A DNA stretch of 64,000 nucleotides from Amoebidium appalachense (Eukaryota; Protista; Ichthyosporea), in contig CAVNZM010000005.1 in the NCBI GenBank assembly GCA_963693365.1, positions 12,299,728 to 12,363,727 on the forward strand. Reading direction: 5' to 3'. How positions within the stretch are numbered: the first letter of the stretch is position 1; each line of letters starts with the position of its first letter. Both the position numbers and the translations under genes were made by a program. Below, in pieces: positions 60,528 through 64,000 of the stretch. The notes beneath the pieces were generated by a model. The model did not search any database. It saw only the letters and a program-made list of their open reading frames with translations, and was not told where the DNA came from.

Positions 60528-60782
60528 ACCCCCTCTCCGCCCCGCCCCTTGGCGGCAAACCAACACACACACGGGCCAAACCCTCCCAGTCACCACCGGT
60601 ACCGCAAGTGCAAGGTCCCGGAGCTCAGCATAGAAAACCAATACCATGCCAACTATTAGCATGTATTTATTCTCTGATTGTGCCGCTCCCTATTTTCCAT
60701 CCACTGAAATCCCCATCCCCCCCCTTGGCAGCTGGTTCTCCATCCCGCTGGCCTCAATGCATTCTTATAGCACTGCCCCAGA

Positions 60783-60846
<64 letters not shown>

Positions 60847-61100
60847 CCCCCCGGAGGCAAATTTCCCAAGTTCGACCCCCTTACTCAATAAGCCATACTC
60901 CCATCCAGTCCGTTAATCTCCGCATAGGCTTTCATATTCTATCTGACTAATGCGCACATCGAAGTCCGATTGCAAATTCTCATTTTCTCATCCAATGCAA
61001 TTGCGATGTACAATCTTGCATGTGCATGGTCAATCCACTGCCATCACGATGCGATGGTGGGAAACTGCGTTGGAGGGGTTTCTATCTGCCCTGTCCCCAT
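59820..61100 (-). pseudogene. Possible decayed F-box/LRR paralogue
   Basis: Fragmentary minus-strand peptides MCALVR, AEINGLDG, WGSAI, ELRDLALAVPVVTGRVW follow the order of FCALAR, VSFNGLGG, WHAAI, NLECLHVIWTTATGTLW in the 40-43 kb gene; many stops and frameshifts. Confidence 0.35.
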
Positions 61101-61768
61101 CTCCCCCTCCCTTCCACCCACCATCTGGCTTCAACCCGACCACGGCCTCCCCTTGCTTTCCCCTCCATTCTCCATGGGCATGAATGCTAAGCCCCCTCAA
61201 CTTGCCAAGTTCCACGTCACACGGTGCACCTATCCGATCTGCCCCCCTGCACGCACCAGAGCACGCTGGAGTGAGCAGCCTTACGAGAGTGATGCTGTTT
61301 TTACCAATCAAACTGTAGTAAATTCCTTAATCAGCCAATCAGTGGCTAACACATGATAAGCTTTTTTAGGGTTATAAGTAAACTGAAAATGCGGTTTTGT
61401 GAAATTGGAAAAAGAGAATTCGTATCCAAATCGGAACAAGAATCTTACATTTTACAGAATATTAGACAAGAATTCAATTCAAATAGCACACCATGTTGGA
61501 TGAAAGCACACGCACCAGCTCAAAATGTCAGCAAACATGTAGGCCGCCTTCAAACGTGGAGGTTGTGTGTTGGTGATGTGTGAATTTCAGACAGAACAGA
61601 GGTAGCAAATTAATAACGTAAAGCAACGGGAAAAATTCGCTGTGTATATAAATAATTTCACACTGTTTAGCTCTCCTGCTCGTGGTATTTCTGGTTTGGG
61701 TCAACCCATTCTTTATTCAAAAGCACTTGTTGATTTTACGGTGAATTTCAGCGAGGGAAAGAGGCACC

Positions 61769-63534
61769 ATGGCACAACTGGACCAAGATGACATGCGCGA
61801 GCTTACACTGAGTATAAGCAAGCTGCCAGATGCAGAGCTGGAAGAGTTGAAGTCGTTGATAAAGAAACTGGTAAGCGTTTGTCTCGGCGGGTTCAAGCAC
61901 GAGCACCATTTTTTTTGGTGGAATTTGGTCATGTTTGCTTAGTCTGAATGGACATGTCTAAACCTCACTTGCACTTCTCTTCCGGTTTTTTGTGATTTGA
62001 ATTTTAAAATGACCACAAACGCTGGTACTTCCTCTGTATGGATTTTTAATTTTATCCCCGGATTGCGTCCCCGGTTAGCTTCATGTTTTGGTACTACCAA
62101 CTACCGACCACAAACTGGTGGGCATCCTGGCCTTTTTGACCCCTACCCAAAGCTCATTTTTCGTTTTTCTTGGTTTGATGCTTGACTTATGCCCGCGTGT
62201 GTTGGTGTGCCTGTTTTTAAAAGACATACTTCTAAACCATGTCTCGTTTTGTTTATGGGTTTGTGTTAGTGTCTGGTGTCGATGTGATACCCTGCCAGCA
62301 CAGCTGTTTGTGATGCTTTGACAGGTACTGCAAAAGAAGAAAAAGCATCCAAATTTCTTGGGATGAGCTTCATGCTGCTGCTGCTTGCAGGTGCCAAACA
62401 GGACTAAAACAAAGATATATATACTCAACCTTTTCGTTTTTGAAAACGTTGGTGGAGGATAAGGAGGAGCGACGGAGACTCACAGCGCCGGTAGAGAAGG
62501 GGGGGGGGTGGGGGGGGGTTGGTTTTTCCAGTTTTCCATTCATTTTCTTGTTTGCTCCCATGTTCTGCTTTTTTCCGATTCTAATGTCGTTTATTGTACA
62601 GCAACCTGAGTACAAATCGACCGGTATCGATCTCAACGCGTTGACGGAGGACACTATTCTTCAGGTGCAGCAGTTTGTTCGCACCACACTCATCGAGTAC
62701 AAGCAGATAAGGATTCTCATCACTGATTCTCCAAAGGATTTCAACTTACCGTACTATCTTGCGGTGAGTTTATCTTTTTCGTTATGACGAGCTCGATTAT
62801 GAGTCATTCCACGTGTTTTTTTCGGCGTGGTGTATGTGATTGGTGTGTCTGAGTGTGTTGTTTGAATATGGGTCTGGTGGTACTTGTGCTGATATCTGAA
62901 GCGGCCATGTGTGGACCATATTGCTGGGGCCTTTCATACCTATTAGTAGAGTGCCTTGCAACCTAAAAGTATTTTCAAATATTCTTTGGTCTTTAACGGA
63001 TTTTTAAAAAAACACGGCTTTACTCTCCCCCCCCCTCTCCCCCTCCCCCCCTTCTCTCTCCCCAACTGTTCACCTCATCGGCGGGGGACATGGGGGAGGG
63101 GGGTGAACGTGGGGGGGGATTTCGATAGTCTCCTAAGTGCCAAATTCACGTGACCCTAATCGTTACAAAGGCACAAAAACACGACACACCTTCGCTCTTT
63201 ACCTTCCTTCCTCCCCCTCTCCCTTCCCCCCACCCCCCCGGCCCGCCATCTTCCTTTCCCCAATAGCTGCCTCTGCCCTCCCCCCCCCCCCCCCCCCCCT
63301 CCCTGCACGCATACTCTTTATGTATGGCTTGCATTCTGCATCGTGTTATCCGTTTGTTCTTGTGTACTTCGTACTTTTTGACGCATTCAAAACCCCCCCT
63401 GCGCGCATCCGCCTTATGCACACACCTGCGTGGACATATTCCATGCACACATCATCCGGTCGGCGTTTTGATTGTACACACAGACACATGCACTTGCGCC
63501 TGATTAAGAGGCTCTAGGCCGATAAGAAGTAGAA

Positions 63535-63566
<32 letters not shown>

Positions 63567-63834
63567 ACCCCCGCGGCCATCCCTTCTTTCTCCCTTCTTC
63601 TCCGATATTGCTTCCCCTCCCCTCTTCCCCTACCCATCTCATCAATTTCTCTTTCACAGCCACAACACACTTTGCTACCACTCCGTTTATTAAGTGGTAT
63701 TGGCAGATTCAGGACCAATATTGACCTTTTTGTTAGCGGTATGTGATGGCAATGCAAGATGTTGATGTAAGGTTTCTCCCCACAGACGTATGAGCGATAT
63801 GGAGTTACGGATGTGGTGAGAACGTGTGACGCAG
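61769..63834 (+). CDS. ET (extra-terminal, BET-type) domain fused to a PRL/PTP4A-like protein tyrosine phosphatase (continues beyond window)
   Basis: Exons 61769-61870, 62602-62763 and 63786-63834 give MAQLDQDDMRELTLSISKLPDAELEELKSLIKKL|QPEYKSTGIDLNALTEDTILQVQQFVRTTLIEYKQIRILITDSPKDFNLPYYLA|TYERYGVTDVVRTCDA. The first ~60 aa resemble the ET domain (RQLSLDINKLP...IDFETLKPSTLRELERYV); the rest resembles the PRL N-terminus (YKNMRFLITHNP...KKYGVTTIVRVCEA). Confidence 0.8.
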
Positions 63835-63843
63835 GTAGGCTTC

Positions 63844-63885
<42 letters not shown>

Positions 63886-64000
63886 GAGGGTTATCTTCCC
63901 TGACCCCTGATTGAGCTGGTCGGCTGATCTTTCTACACTATCTTGTCTTTTCTTTACCCCCGCCCCTCCCCCCCCCCCCCCCCCCCCCTCCCCCCGGTCG

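Overview
Eukaryotic, intron-rich genomic DNA. Introns are saturated with poly-C/poly-G, (CA)n and (CT)n tracts, so most ORFs in the supplied track are microsatellite artefacts. Genes assembled by hand from GT-AG exons: (1) the 3' part of a tandem multi-domain phytocyanin-like (type-1 copper) protein built from five near-identical exons (+); (2) a secreted tyrosinase with a Pro/Thr-rich tail (-); (3) an 8-exon SPRING1/C12orf49 homologue (-); (4) an orphan ORF behind GC hairpins (+); (5) a zinc-knuckle + GIY-YIG protein (+); (6) a disrupted F-box/LRR gene (-); (7) a small secreted, probably GPI-anchored protein (-); (8) a 4-exon pyruvate formate-lyase with a mitochondrial-type presequence (+); (9) the 5' end of a gene fusing a BET-type ET domain to a PRL/PTP4A-like phosphatase (+). 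Mobile DNA: a Harbinger/Tourist-type MITE, a Tc1/mariner-type MITE, a tRNA-derived SINE nested in another copy of itself, and a 31-bp palindrome flanked by a 9-bp direct repeat. The gene set (PFL, SPRING1, tyrosinase) would fit a unicellular opisthokont such as the ichthyosporean Amoebidium, but that is inference. Several single-base frameshifts fall in homopolymers and may be sequencing errors. Homology calls come from recalled motifs, not database searches.
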